From a virus (Duplodnaviria > Caudoviricetes): a stretch of 64,000 nucleotides of DNA. Under the pieces are notes generated by a model. It made no database searches. It was not told the DNA's origin and saw only the letters and a list, made by a program, of their open reading frames with translations. The translations under genes and the position numbers were made by a program. This document shows positions 27,479-38,002 of the stretch, piece after piece. Numbering within the stretch: the first letter of the stretch is position 1; every line of letters begins with the position of its first letter. Location: the IMG/VR virus record IMGVR_UViG_3300049444_000051, positions 3,041 to 67,040 of that record; one strand, 5' to 3'.

Positions 27479-30400
27479 TTAAGAAGTGTACCAACTGGGT
27501 TTCTTGGCGATTCGGGATATGCTATGTTTCACAGCTTCTTTTTCAACATGATCCACAGCCTTGCCTTGCCCAGTGAATGGGCCGTGTGGTTTACCGCCAT
27601 CAATTGATAGGAACAGAGCGCGACCTGTGTTACCTCCGCTATCGCCACCGAAATCCACAGGTCCACCGCTTGCCAGTTGTGGTATGGAATTCCTGGTCAT
27701 TACTCCAAAATCCGTGACAAATCCACCCATGCTAAATTCCGGTAACTTTTTCAAATTATCCAGTACCTGTAAATTGGTGCTGAGACTGTTCGTGGTAGCG
27801 TTATTGAAAATAGTACTAATATTGCGCACTTGGCCACCGAAATTAAACTTGGGAAACTTAAGATTGTTAATGTCATGAAAGAACGGTAGCCCATAGTAAT
27901 CTACCGCAGCCGCTCGATGCACGAACTCCCCGCGCGACAGCCGTGCCAAGATGGAATCGCTTGTCTTGGTGCCTGGACCTCGTATGAACCCGGCCGGTCC
28001 GCCACTGGCAAGCTCTGTTGCAGATCCACCAGAACCGCTGGAAGCGGTACTGATAGCATCTGTAATGCGGCTGGCTGCGGAATCTACCGCTGTACTGATA
28101 TTCTGCACTGCTGCTGTGGTCGCTTGCACAGCGGTAACGACCGAGCCAATAGCGGTCACAATCGACTGAAACCCGGTACCTAAGCTGGATGCTTCGGTTG
28201 TGAGACTGGTATTTAGCGTATCCAGCTTTGCGCTATCTCCACTCAACGTGGTGGAGATCGTGTTGAGAACCGTGGTGATAGCTTGTATATCGGTCGAGGT
28301 AGCTGGGGTACCTGTCGCCCCCGGCGCTGCTGGTGTTGCAGGTGCCGCTGCCGGTGTGCCTGTCGTGCCAGCCTGCGGGGTCGCCCCCGCCATCCGCGCA
28401 ATGTTTTGCCCAATAGATGCAAGTGTCGTGGAAATTGCACTAAAAGCAGAACTGATGGCTGTCTTCAAATCCTGAATTGCGGATATCACCCCATCCTGAG
28501 AGATAGTGACAGGACCTTGAGCAGTAGTGACAGGAACCCCGCCACGGTCAGTTGCAACAGCGCCCCCGCCAGCAGATCCTTGTGGGGCAGCAGCCTGTTG
28601 TTGACTTACCTGCCTGCTCAATCCAGATATTGCATTTATTATCGATTGTAACCCAGAATTGATGCTGTCATTAATAACCTTCGTATTATCATTCGTCCTG
28701 CCTATAGTAGCCAGAATTGAATCTAGCTTGCTAATGACATTTCTTATAGCTCCGCTTATGGTTTCGGCCGACTTGTCAATGGCGTCTGTTACGGTTTTTA
28801 TACCTTGCGTGCCAAAGAATGAATCTGAGATCGATATAGGTCCGGTTGCGGTCGAGCTACCAGTAACCGGGCCACCCGTCGCAAAGCCGGGAAGCCTCAG
28901 GTTATTCAGGGCATGAAAAGTACTAACACCATATTTAGCGACAGCAGCAGCCTTGATAACAAATTCATGGCGAGACAGGCGCGCTAGAATACTGTCACTT
29001 GTAGTGGTTCCGGGACCGCGCACGAAGCCGCCGCCCGCTCCACCTGGGACAGGCGAACTGGCATTGGCTTGAACAGCTTGTATAACCCCATCGAGTTTTG
29101 ACTGTATGTTGGTTGACGCATTATCTATAGAAGCTACGATCCCAGAGACGATCTCATTCAATGCAGTGACTCTGGCGCTAAGATCTTGCAGCCACGTCAC
29201 CATGGTAGAAGTATTTTGCGCGATAGCACTTAATTGAGTATTAAGGGCCTCTTGTAAGCCGGTTAGCGCGGTACTCAACGCGCTTAATGGAACGCCGATA
29301 CTATTTTGAAAATTAGTTAATGTATCATTAATGGTAGTAAGAATGCTGCTTGCAGTAGTCAACGCTGTGGAAATAGCAGTATCCACAGGGGTAGGCGTAG
29401 CAGGGGTAGGCGTAGCAGGGGTAGGCGTAGCAGGGGTAGGCGTAGCAGGGGTAGCAGGGATAGGCGTAGCAGGGGTAGGAGCCAATTGCCTTATAGCTTC
29501 AACAGTCTGTGCAGTATCGTCCTGTATAGCTGTTATTAATGGCCCAAACATCCCCTCAGGTTGTACAAGCGGCGCTTCTTGAATAAGTTTGGCTTTCCCT
29601 GCCGCTGTATTAGCTTGAAATTCAGCTTCAAGTTTCTTTATCTCAGCAATTGCCGCTTCGTCAGCAGGTCCATGAGGGCCAAACATACCCTCAACAGCCC
29701 CTTTAATTATATCGGCAGACTCCTTACCCGATTCCTTAATTACATCGACAAGCTTATTTATACCGGCATCTGAACCAATAAGAGGCCCCTGCGGCGCTGC
29801 CGTTGTAGTAGGCTCCATTGGTGTAGTTTGTTGCTGTACTTGTTGTGGCGCTATCTTCTCCAAAATAGTTTTTACTGTATCCCTAATTTCTGCAACTAAC
29901 CCGAATAATCCGTCCAATGTTTCAGCAGATTGGACCAATATAGCAGCTATCGTTTCCAGCTTATCCAAAGAACTATTACGGGCGTCTTCGATATTAGCGC
30001 TAGCTGGAACTCCCGCTCGCGCGAGTTGGCCCTCTTTTCCAGGTACCGAGAAATTCTTGATAGTCTCAATCCAGGTATTGATGGTGTTAGACAGAGAAGA
30101 GAAAAATCCTTCCTCTTTACCAACCCCAGCCTCGAAACTGGTGGTCAACATTTCCAATTCACGAAATACGCTGTCTAACCTAGCAGCAGCTTCAGGTGCT
30201 AGTGGAGTAGCTATCGTGGCACCTGCACCAGTGGCATGTAACACATCGGCAATGCCTTGCGGCATCTGCTTGATGGTTTCTTCCAGTTCGCGTATGATCT
30301 GGTCGTCTAATATTTGCTTCTTTTCAGCAGCAGTTTGGCCAGTGCGATCCTCAATTCGCGACCGTCCCAAGGCTTCTTTACCAAGCGCATCGAAAGCGTC

Positions 30401-33400
30401 CTCTACACGCTTCGACGCAGAAACATCCGCATCCACAGCTTTTTCAGCTTCAGAAAAACTGAGAGTTAGTTTTTCCAATTCCGCAAACAGCGCGGATTCT
30501 CTGACAGCAGCCTCTGGAGAAAGCTCTGAAGGCTTGGATTCCGGTTTGAATTGGAATTGTGACTTATCCAACTCATCGATCTTGCTTCCAAGAGTTTTGA
30601 ATAGATCATTTAATACGTTATTAATAGCATCAGATACTTCTGGACTTGCTCCACCCTGTTGAGTATGTATTTCACGACCTTTGGCAATAATTGCCTCTAC
30701 AAGGTCTGTGAGCTTCTTGTTTTCATCCGCTGGAACTTGTGTAGTAAGTTCTTTCTGCCTATCAATTTCAGTAAACGCCTCCTTGAACTTCTCCTGAATC
30801 TGATCAACATTTTCTTTTAGCTTATCCAAGCTAGTAGCGGTACTATCGGCAGTAGTCCCCAGCTCGATAAATTTCTGAGGCAGTATTTCAAGCTTATCTC
30901 TATCAATCTGGACCTTGAATTCTTCCCCAGGGGGTCCCTTTGGAAATGGCCCCTGAATAATCTTCGTACGAGATCGCTCCACCGCAGCATCTATATCAGC
31001 GGCAGTCGGCCCCGACGCCCCTCCTCCACGAGAACCCGGCTGCGCGTTAATACCGCGATCCTCGGTATCCCTGGCAGCGGCCGTAGGAGCTATATGTGGC
31101 TTGAAATCTTTGGTTGTTTTATCAAGATCGCCAAAAAGATTCTTCCAGATGCCTTTAACTGAATCAGCAAAGGACTGGAAAGTACCAAGCATATTATCAG
31201 TCGAATCTTTAGTCTTGTTCTCTAAATCCTTAAGGGACGAATCTCCTCCGGTAAGAGCGTCCTTGAGTACCTTCCCAAGCTCGTTGAGATTCTCTAATGC
31301 AGCCCCCGGCTTGATTTCTTGCAGCTTTTTATTTATCTCATTCTTACGTCGCTCATACTCTTGCGGATCTAGCGTACCTTTTATCTCCTCTAGTTTTTTA
31401 AATGCATTTTCCAACCCAGCAAGTGTGTGAGCCTTATCAAATACATTGAGCAGATCTTTAAGTGCGGTAAATAGTAGTATGACAGGAAGTACCACAAGCC
31501 CCAATCGGGCGATTGCAGGAATAAGGGTTGTCGTTACCGCAATTGCAGCTCGACGCAACGCCGGTACCAAAGCCACTGTAAGTATAGCAGCCACGGCCAA
31601 TATAGCTTCAGCAACCACCTTGGCAGATACTTGAATGCCAAAAAAGTCTTCTGCGAATTTAGATATTGCACCACTAATTTTAGCCAGTTCATTTAGTACC
31701 GCATCGGCAGCGGCAGTTATTTCTTTGCTAAATAGTATGATTACTGCAATTGCCCCAACAATGGCGGCTACCCAAGCTAATGCGGCTCCGACCGTTAGGG
31801 TAAAAGCCCCTGCAATGAGATTGACACCGAGACTGAGAGCAGCAAGAGTACCTCCTACAACACCAATACTGAATGCAACAACCTGCAATAAATCTTTTAG
31901 TAGGGTGAGGGCACCACTTGCCTCAAGTACAATGGCTTTGAAGAGTCTTCCTGGACCCACAAACCCAGAGACAGCCGCAAGCAGCAAAGTAAGCTCTATC
32001 ACCGCATTTGGTATCGCCGTGACAATATCCTTGATGGCGAGAGTCGCCTCGAAAATCCATTTAAAATTCTGGTCGGATGCCTGCTTCTTCCCTGACAGTG
32101 CTTCTGTGAAGGCAGTCCATGCTCCAGATAAAAATGTCTTGATCGTAGTGCCAAGTTCCTGTAGCCCCTTAATGGTAGAGGTAATCCACGGATTTTTAAC
32201 AACCGCCTGATTACCGGCTAAAGCCGCCGTTATGTCAGTGAACAGTTCCTTTGCTTTATCCTTGATTGCATCGATATCGACACCAACACCCTTCAAGCTT
32301 TCCTTAAATGGCTTGAGTACATCACCCCCACTAAATACAGCGATAACAGCCAATGCCAGCGAATTAAACCCGCCGATCAACGCGGTGATGATCCCCCCGA
32401 TAATCAGCATGGGGGATGATATGTTAGTACCAAAAGCGTCATTTAATGACTTGGCTACGAATTTCGCCGCATCGCCTATGCTCTTCAAAACGTCTCGTAT
32501 GACAACAAAGATTTTCGTATTTATCTGTATATCTGGAGCACCTGCCAACGTCTTGAAGAAATCATCGATAATTGGAGCTACCGAAGTACCAATGGTAGCT
32601 GCCAACTCCTTCAAATTCAATTTCAGGGATTTGATACCCTCGGTAATAGCATTCAAAATTGGAGTGGCTGTCGGGGCGATCAGCAGCCCCAAGTCCAGCT
32701 TCCCGGTGCCGACACCGGCAAGCCCTGTGAACGCCTTTTTCAGATCGTCTATCGCCTTTGAGAAATCGCGAGCGGTCTGGATGTCAGCGGCGGTCTTGCG
32801 TACGAACTCGTCCAGAGGTACGAGCGCTTGACGTATGGAGCCGGGGGTTTCGTTCAACGACTTGACAAGCGCGGTACCAAAAGTCTCGCCAAGAACCTCA
32901 ATGGCCTTCTTGAGACGCTCGGCCGGATCTTTGATCTTTTGCAGGCTCTCGGCAAATTTCTCAAGATTGTTGGAGGTGAAATCCTTCTGTAGAGCCTTAA
33001 TGGCTTCCAGCTGCTCGCGCGCGTTCCGCAGGCCCTCACTGCCTTTGGACAGTAGTGCTATCTGCTCTGGGGTCAGATGAAGCCCGAGAGCGGAAGCAAT
33101 GGCGGCGTTCTTTGCCGCATCACCCGTTCCCTTGAACAGATCAGCCAGCTTATTTAATACGCGAGATACATCAATGCCGTTCTTGTTGATGCCATCTAGC
33201 GATCCATCAAAATCCTTTAATTGCCTTGCACTATCACCAATCGAGGCCACGAAGCCCCTTGCGATGTTCTGTGCCGATGTATCGACCTTATCGCCAATAA
33301 CCTGTACGCCAGCCGCCAAGGCGTTTGCGAGCTTTATGGCGCTTGCTATTGAAGTTTCTGTATCTTTTTGTCGCGCCGCCGCCCTTGCAGCATCTTTATC

Positions 33401-35326
33401 AGTAATTTCTTTTTCTGCATCTATCTGCTGCTGAATTTTTTCTGCCGCCGCTGCCTTAACTGCTTCTGCTATCTTAAGCTGGGCAGCCGCCTGTTGTTCA
33501 AGATCGTGCTTTTCGTCTTGACGAGCTTTCTTTTCTGCCGCAGCCACTTCAGCCTTGGCTTTGGCTATCCTGAAGGCATTATTAAAAGCGTCGTCTAGTA
33601 TCTTCTGTTCAGCTTGCTGGAGGCGGAACTCAGCCTCCTCCACCGCCAATACAGCCTTGCGCTCTGCCAATTCCTTATTAAATCGGTCATCGACCGGATG
33701 CCCTTGCAACGCAAGAAGCGCCTTCTGTGCCTCAAGCAACGATATTTGAGCATGCTCTACCGCGAAGGTGCTGGATTCTTCGTCTTTTTGCTGTTTGATA
33801 ATTGCCTGCGATAAACTCTCACGTGCCTTTTTAATATTCTGTGTATTAGTAACAGCTTTAGCAGCACTAGCTTCTTGTATCTTATCTAAATTGGTAAATG
33901 CCTGTTCTACCGCGTCTACGCCTTTTTTGACAGAATCTGTAAGTGCCTTTTCTACATCGGTTGCACCTGATTTGATAGAATTTTTAATCTTATCCCACTG
34001 AGCTTCAAACCCAGCCGAGAGCCCTGAAAATATGTTTTTAATATCTGTACCACCAATGCCCAAGCCCTCCAACGACTTGGTAATGTCGTCCAATGGTCCC
34101 TTCTTGACACCAAGGCTTAATTCTGCCTGCATATCCTTAAAAGCGGCGGTAGCCGCCAGGAGTTCTCTCTGCTTATCGGTTACAGTACCGATCTCGTCCT
34201 GCATAGCCTTGAAGGCTGAATTTGCATTTTCTAAATCAGGTACGAGTGCAGCATACGTGCTCTTTAATTTTTCTACTACGCTTACAGCGTTTCCCTGCTC
34301 CTCCTGCATGGCCTTGAAGGCTTCATTGGCGCGCTCCAAAGCCTGGATTATCCCCGGATCAAGCTCATCCAGCATATCCTTATAGGCAGCTTGCGTCCGC
34401 TCCAAATCCGGAACAGTCGCTCTTACCGCAGCACCAGTGTTGCTAAAAGCAGCGGCGATCCTGTCAAATACCTCACCAAGGACACTGCGGCTGGCAACGA
34501 GGCTCAATTCCTCATTCATGTCCTGCAAAGCAGTGGCAGCAGTAGCCAGATCCTTATCGAACGTAACTATCGGCACGTTAGTGCCATTGAGAGTATCAAG
34601 CATATCCTTCAGGGCGGCAGCAGAACTTTCCAGATCGTCGCGGAAATTGCTGGCAAGCGCTTTCGAGCCTATCTCTTGCACGAACTGCGCATAAGCTGCA
34701 TTTGCACGATCCAGCGAGGAGGCAAAGGCATCTGCCCCAACAGTGCTCAAATCGAAAGCGCCGATAGAGCTTTTCAGAGTCTCTCTGGTACCGTCTACCG
34801 CCTTGTTGAACTCCTCTACGTCCTTGATGCGACTGCTTATCGCACCGCCAAGATCAGACGCAGCAAACGCTTCCACTGCGCTCTTGACATCCTTAGCGAA
34901 GCTGACGACAGCAGTAGCAATCGCCACCTTGCTGAGAGTGGTATTTACGTTGAATACCTCCTTAGCCAACCGCTGAAAATCAGAAATAGAGCCAGTTACG
35001 AATCCGTTGATGTTTCCAAATACAGTCTCAGCCGTTCCACCAAGCGTGATCAACGCCTGCTGTGGCTGCTCAGTACCTAAATTAAGCTTAGTATTATTTG
35101 CGGTATCCTCAATCCGCTTGAAAGCAGCGGCACCAGCAGTACCAACGTCGTCAAGATTCTTTTGTATTTTATCAGTCGGAATATCGATATTTCCAAGTCT
35201 CTTAACTGCATCGCCTAGAGAGCCAAACGCCTTCTGTCCAGCTTCCGCCACATCCTGAAGCTGGCGAATAAGCTCTTCGCCACCATCAAGCGCGATTTGT
35301 TGTAGGATTTTGTCGTTCTGGGCCAT
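27479..35326 (-). CDS. Tape measure protein (2615 aa)
   Basis: Ala/Leu/Lys-rich helical composition; follows G/GT chaperones; C-terminal GPGT.TSDSILARLS..EFV and xxGGxV motifs typical of TMP ends. Confidence 0.92.
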   Translation of the reverse strand: MAQNDKILQQIALDGGEELIRQLQDVAEAGQKAFGSLGDAVKRLGNIDIPTDKIQKNLDDVGTAGAAAFKRIEDTANNTKLNLGTEQPQQALITLGGTAETVFGNINGFVTGSISDFQRLAKEVFNVNTTLSKVAIATAVVSFAKDVKSAVEAFAASDLGGAISSRIKDVEEFNKAVDGTRETLKSSIGAFDLSTVGADAFASSLDRANAAYAQFVQEIGSKALASNFRDDLESSAAALKDMLDTLNGTNVPIVTFDKDLATAATALQDMNEELSLVASRSVLGEVFDRIAAAFSNTGAAVRATVPDLERTQAAYKDMLDELDPGIIQALERANEAFKAMQEEQGNAVSVVEKLKSTYAALVPDLENANSAFKAMQDEIGTVTDKQRELLAATAAFKDMQAELSLGVKKGPLDDITKSLEGLGIGGTDIKNIFSGLSAGFEAQWDKIKNSIKSGATDVEKALTDSVKKGVDAVEQAFTNLDKIQEASAAKAVTNTQNIKKARESLSQAIIKQQKDEESSTFAVEHAQISLLEAQKALLALQGHPVDDRFNKELAERKAVLAVEEAEFRLQQAEQKILDDAFNNAFRIAKAKAEVAAAEKKARQDEKHDLEQQAAAQLKIAEAVKAAAAEKIQQQIDAEKEITDKDAARAAARQKDTETSIASAIKLANALAAGVQVIGDKVDTSAQNIARGFVASIGDSARQLKDFDGSLDGINKNGIDVSRVLNKLADLFKGTGDAAKNAAIASALGLHLTPEQIALLSKGSEGLRNAREQLEAIKALQKDFTSNNLEKFAESLQKIKDPAERLKKAIEVLGETFGTALVKSLNETPGSIRQALVPLDEFVRKTAADIQTARDFSKAIDDLKKAFTGLAGVGTGKLDLGLLIAPTATPILNAITEGIKSLKLNLKELAATIGTSVAPIIDDFFKTLAGAPDIQINTKIFVVIRDVLKSIGDAAKFVAKSLNDAFGTNISSPMLIIGGIITALIGGFNSLALAVIAVFSGGDVLKPFKESLKGVGVDIDAIKDKAKELFTDITAALAGNQAVVKNPWITSTIKGLQELGTTIKTFLSGAWTAFTEALSGKKQASDQNFKWIFEATLAIKDIVTAIPNAVIELTLLLAAVSGFVGPGRLFKAIVLEASGALTLLKDLLQVVAFSIGVVGGTLAALSLGVNLIAGAFTLTVGAALAWVAAIVGAIAVIILFSKEITAAADAVLNELAKISGAISKFAEDFFGIQVSAKVVAEAILAVAAILTVALVPALRRAAIAVTTTLIPAIARLGLVVLPVILLFTALKDLLNVFDKAHTLAGLENAFKKLEEIKGTLDPQEYERRKNEINKKLQEIKPGAALENLNELGKVLKDALTGGDSSLKDLENKTKDSTDNMLGTFQSFADSVKGIWKNLFGDLDKTTKDFKPHIAPTAAARDTEDRGINAQPGSRGGGASGPTAADIDAAVERSRTKIIQGPFPKGPPGEEFKVQIDRDKLEILPQKFIELGTTADSTATSLDKLKENVDQIQEKFKEAFTEIDRQKELTTQVPADENKKLTDLVEAIIAKGREIHTQQGGASPEVSDAINNVLNDLFKTLGSKIDELDKSQFQFKPESKPSELSPEAAVRESALFAELEKLTLSFSEAEKAVDADVSASKRVEDAFDALGKEALGRSRIEDRTGQTAAEKKQILDDQIIRELEETIKQMPQGIADVLHATGAGATIATPLAPEAAARLDSVFRELEMLTTSFEAGVGKEEGFFSSLSNTINTWIETIKNFSVPGKEGQLARAGVPASANIEDARNSSLDKLETIAAILVQSAETLDGLFGLVAEIRDTVKTILEKIAPQQVQQQTTPMEPTTTAAPQGPLIGSDAGINKLVDVIKESGKESADIIKGAVEGMFGPHGPADEAAIAEIKKLEAEFQANTAAGKAKLIQEAPLVQPEGMFGPLITAIQDDTAQTVEAIRQLAPTPATPIPATPATPTPATPTPATPTPATPTPVDTAISTALTTASSILTTINDTLTNFQNSIGVPLSALSTALTGLQEALNTQLSAIAQNTSTMVTWLQDLSARVTALNEIVSGIVASIDNASTNIQSKLDGVIQAVQANASSPVPGGAGGGFVRGPGTTTSDSILARLSRHEFVIKAAAVAKYGVSTFHALNNLRLPGFATGGPVTGSSTATGPISISDSFFGTQGIKTVTDAIDKSAETISGAIRNVISKLDSILATIGRTNDNTKVINDSINSGLQSIINAISGLSRQVSQQQAAAPQGSAGGGAVATDRGGVPVTTAQGPVTISQDGVISAIQDLKTAISSAFSAISTTLASIGQNIARMAGATPQAGTTGTPAAAPATPAAPGATGTPATSTDIQAITTVLNTISTTLSGDSAKLDTLNTSLTTEASSLGTGFQSIVTAIGSVVTAVQATTAAVQNISTAVDSAASRITDAISTASSGSGGSATELASGGPAGFIRGPGTKTSDSILARLSRGEFVHRAAAVDYYGLPFFHDINNLKFPKFNFGGQVRNISTIFNNATTNSLSTNLQVLDNLKKLPEFSMGGFVTDFGVMTRNSIPQLASGGPVDFGGDSGGNTGRALFLSIDGGKPHGPFTGQGKAVDHVEKEAVKHSISRIAKKPSWYTS
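29386..29479 (-). repeat. 15-bp tandem repeat encoding PATPT
   Basis: caggggtaggcgtag in 4 perfect copies (29386-29445) plus degenerate copies. Confidence 0.95.
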
Positions 35327-35880
35327 TACTTATTGATCCTACTAAAATAGAACTCGCGCATGCGCTTGGCCACGTCCCGAATGATCTCCAGAAGGTGGAA
35401 GCGCTTCGGTATCCTGACCTGTTGTCTCAGGAAGTATTTCACTTCCCCAGTACGCCTGGACAGAAGCAAAGGAGCCCCACCAGCCTTGCGATCCACACGA
35501 AAAAGCCCGCCAGGATAGTTTCTGGCGAGCACACCTTTGGCATCGGGCGCAAAACTCATAGGAATGGCTAGAAGGGGCTTGCCTCGAATCAAAGCTCCCT
35601 TTTCATGAACTAGAAAATAAGGAACATCATGTGACACATCGATAGTGGCATCTCCACTGGCATCGTCCTGTTTGACTTCTACATGCAGGCCATCTGTCCA
35701 GCGCGAACCAAAGTTGCCAGCCGACGCGATGTCAGCACGGCCCTTTTTCAAAATTTCCTGCTTGGCATCCTCGGCCGTACCCTTTAATGCTTGTTTGACC
35801 CTATCCGCCTGCTGACGAATGGCGCGGTTGAAGCGCCGTCCAATGGCATCACCATCGAACTGAAATCTAAGCTCAGGCAT
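35326..35880 (-). CDS. Putative tail-completion/neck protein (basic)
   Basis: Basic composition; PYFLVHEKGALIR..LLAIP motif; displaced between the chaperone and TMP genes. Confidence 0.55.
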   Translation of the reverse strand: MPELRFQFDGDAIGRRFNRAIRQQADRVKQALKGTAEDAKQEILKKGRADIASAGNFGSRWTDGLHVEVKQDDASGDATIDVSHDVPYFLVHEKGALIRGKPLLAIPMSFAPDAKGVLARNYPGGLFRVDRKAGGAPLLLSRRTGEVKYFLRQQVRIPKRFHLLEIIRDVAKRMREFYFSRINK

Positions 35881-36109
35881 CGTCCGTAAGCTTTCTCACG
35901 GTTTTATTTACGTTCTTGCGATCCCCTCTTGATGCCAGAGCAGAATCGGCAATGTAGCGTGCTCGATCAGGGTTCAGGCCACGTTCTATAACCTCACACC
36001 ATCCCCGTAATTCACGCGGAGTATATTTCCACGCTACGTCTGGGGAATGACCTCCGATACGGATGACCCGTTCAAGTGCGATGGCGATTTCGTAGCCTGA
36101 TCCTTTCCA
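35873..36109 (-). CDS. T-region of tail assembly chaperone G-T (-1 frameshift extension)
   Basis: -1 frame open from T-GGA-AAG to TGA 35873, no own start: ...GGHSPDVAWKYTPRELRGW... Confidence 0.75.
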   Translation of the reverse strand, partial: WKGSGYEIAIALERVIRIGGHSPDVAWKYTPRELRGWCEVIERGLNPDRARYIADSALASRGDRKNVNKTVRKLTDDA

Positions 36110-36549
36110 CCATCGACGGAGGCGGGATTTGCTGGCATCGCCTGGGCGCGCAATCCGATGCTGCTTAGTTTTTCCACGAAAGGGCCAAGACCGTCCTTGA
36201 AGGTGACATCGAGGATTGCCTCAATGAAATCAAGCTGATCACTGGCCCCAAATTGTGAAGCCCACTTCTCATGTTCTTCATCGTCTGGATACCCAAGCCC
36301 GCAAGCGATCACTGCCGCCACCACTTTCGGTGCCAGCTTCATCACATTGTCAGCAGACAGGTCTTCGTCATCAAGCTTGCGATCCGCCAGCAGCTTACGA
36401 ACTTCCGGGAATTTCTGCATAAGGGTACTGATCCCATATGCACTGATTCCCGGAACCGGAATGTTAACGGTGAGGGGATCACCATTCTCAGTCTCGGTCT
36501 TGATCGGCACCTTACGACGCATCGGTGCGATATTGAGAAGTCCAACCAT
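36034..36549 (-). CDS. Tail assembly chaperone G
   Basis: Directly after the tail tube gene; ends with Gly-Lys slippery site. Confidence 0.8.
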   Translation of the reverse strand: MVGLLNIAPMRRKVPIKTETENGDPLTVNIPVPGISAYGISTLMQKFPEVRKLLADRKLDDEDLSADNVMKLAPKVVAAVIACGLGYPDDEEHEKWASQFGASDQLDFIEAILDVTFKDGLGPFVEKLSSIGLRAQAMPANPASVDGGKDQATKSPSHLNGSSVSEVIPQT

Positions 36550-36581
36550 GTAGAATTCCTTCCCTTTGTTTGTGTAACTTA

Positions 36582-37115
36582 TTACGACTCTGCGACGAGG
36601 TTCGTCAGTTGCAGGAAGCCGAAGCCGTCATCGGTAGCCGAGAAAAGGATTTCCCCTTCCACTTCGATGCCGCCCCACTCGTCCGAGATGAAGTTGATAG
36701 AGGCAGACGGCTTGTAGCGGACGTTGAACAACTCGATATTCCAGCGCGGGCCGACATCGTTGCGCTGCCGGAAACGCACCTTGCCGGTGATCGACTCCTC
36801 GCTCATGATGCTAACCGTAGCACCGCCAGGAGCAGCCTCATCGATTGTCCCCAACGACCACAGGGCAATGTTGAATGGGGTGAACTCCTCGAAGATCGAC
36901 CTGATAGTGCCTTGCCGCTGCAAGGTCACGATCAAATCCTTCGACTTGATGCCCGACCGCTGGGTGAAGTGCTCAAGCTCCTCGACGTTGAGCGTGACCT
37001 CGCATTCACGCACTTCGCCCATGTCGCGGAATTCCGTGTTGCCGGCTGGCATGAATTCGTAGATGCCCTTACCGACTTGTAGATTGCCGGTGCTGGGAGA
37101 GGTAAGAGAAACCAT
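36582..37115 (-). CDS. Major tail (tube) protein
   Basis: GKG..F...FRDMGE..EVTLNVEELEHF..RSG.KSKD pattern; GAAGGAG RBS. Confidence 0.85.
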   Translation of the reverse strand: MVSLTSPSTGNLQVGKGIYEFMPAGNTEFRDMGEVRECEVTLNVEELEHFTQRSGIKSKDLIVTLQRQGTIRSIFEEFTPFNIALWSLGTIDEAAPGGATVSIMSEESITGKVRFRQRNDVGPRWNIELFNVRYKPSASINFISDEWGGIEVEGEILFSATDDGFGFLQLTNLVAES

Positions 37116-37133
37116 AGCATTATCTCCTTCTGC

Positions 37134-37634
37134 CTAGAGTTCGCTCGTTATGAGCGGGTAGGTAAACGCGAATAGCATTTGTAGTTGGCCTTCCATCGAA
37201 CTGAGAGTTTTCATGTCGGTATCGTACCCTTGATACGCAATCTGCCCATTCGATGTAACCAGAGAGATTAGCTCAGAATCTTCCAGTAGAGTCTTAATCA
37301 ACGCGATCCGATACTGAGACAACAAGGGGCCGTATTCGTCGGATTTATCAGGGATGCGCTGATTAAGAACTGCAAACACCTGTGGATGCATCACCATAAA
37401 AGCGGGTCTAGAAAACGTACTGCGCTGGGTAGTATAGCCACCAACAGGTGAGCCAATATCTTCAGGGCCATCAAATAAATACAAAGCTGGTCTAGCATAA
37501 TCTCGCAACGGGGCACGGTTGCGATAAACACTTTCCACAAATACGCCGCCGCCAACAATCGGCGTAACATTAAGAGCCTTCAACTCGTTGAGAGCTTCCT
37601 CGATACGCACCAAAATTAATTCGTGCCGGTCCAT
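37134..37634 (-). CDS. Tail terminator (putative)
   Basis: Position and size. Confidence 0.6.
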   Translation of the reverse strand: MDRHELILVRIEEALNELKALNVTPIVGGGVFVESVYRNRAPLRDYARPALYLFDGPEDIGSPVGGYTTQRSTFSRPAFMVMHPQVFAVLNQRIPDKSDEYGPLLSQYRIALIKTLLEDSELISLVTSNGQIAYQGYDTDMKTLSSMEGQLQMLFAFTYPLITSEL

Positions 37635-37638
37635 TAAT

Positions 37639-38001
37639 TCAACGCCGTAGCTGAAGTTCCCAGTATATGACGACGCCAGCCGGATCGAGCTTGCCGGGAG
37701 GCGCTACTATCCGAAGCGTCTCAGTCTCGGCACCCGTAACAGGATCAAGCCGCACCAGCACCTCGGTCTCGTTATCAGGCTCTGCCAAGATTGATCCATC
37801 GGGCGCAATAGCCGCTATGACGCCAAGTTGATCCGTAGCCTGAATTAGCTCGCCACGTCGCTCTTGCGCGCTGTAATCGGTCAGATGCACATGACAATGC
37901 CGGTCAGTAACGCCACGCAGAATTGCCACGGCATTGTCACTCAGCCTTTTAATTTGCCGAAGCGCCACTTTACGCGCGCGTATGCTGCTGAACACGGGCA
38001 T
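37639..38001 (-). CDS. Head closure/stopper protein (putative)
   Basis: Position after the adaptor. Confidence 0.55.
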   Translation of the reverse strand: MPVFSSIRARKVALRQIKRLSDNAVAILRGVTDRHCHVHLTDYSAQERRGELIQATDQLGVIAAIAPDGSILAEPDNETEVLVRLDPVTGAETETLRIVAPPGKLDPAGVVIYWELQLRR

Positions 38002-38002
38002 T

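Noticed and set aside
27561-35258. Many + strand ORFs opposite the tape measure and other late genes
   Set aside because: Antisense shadows without RBS or motifs
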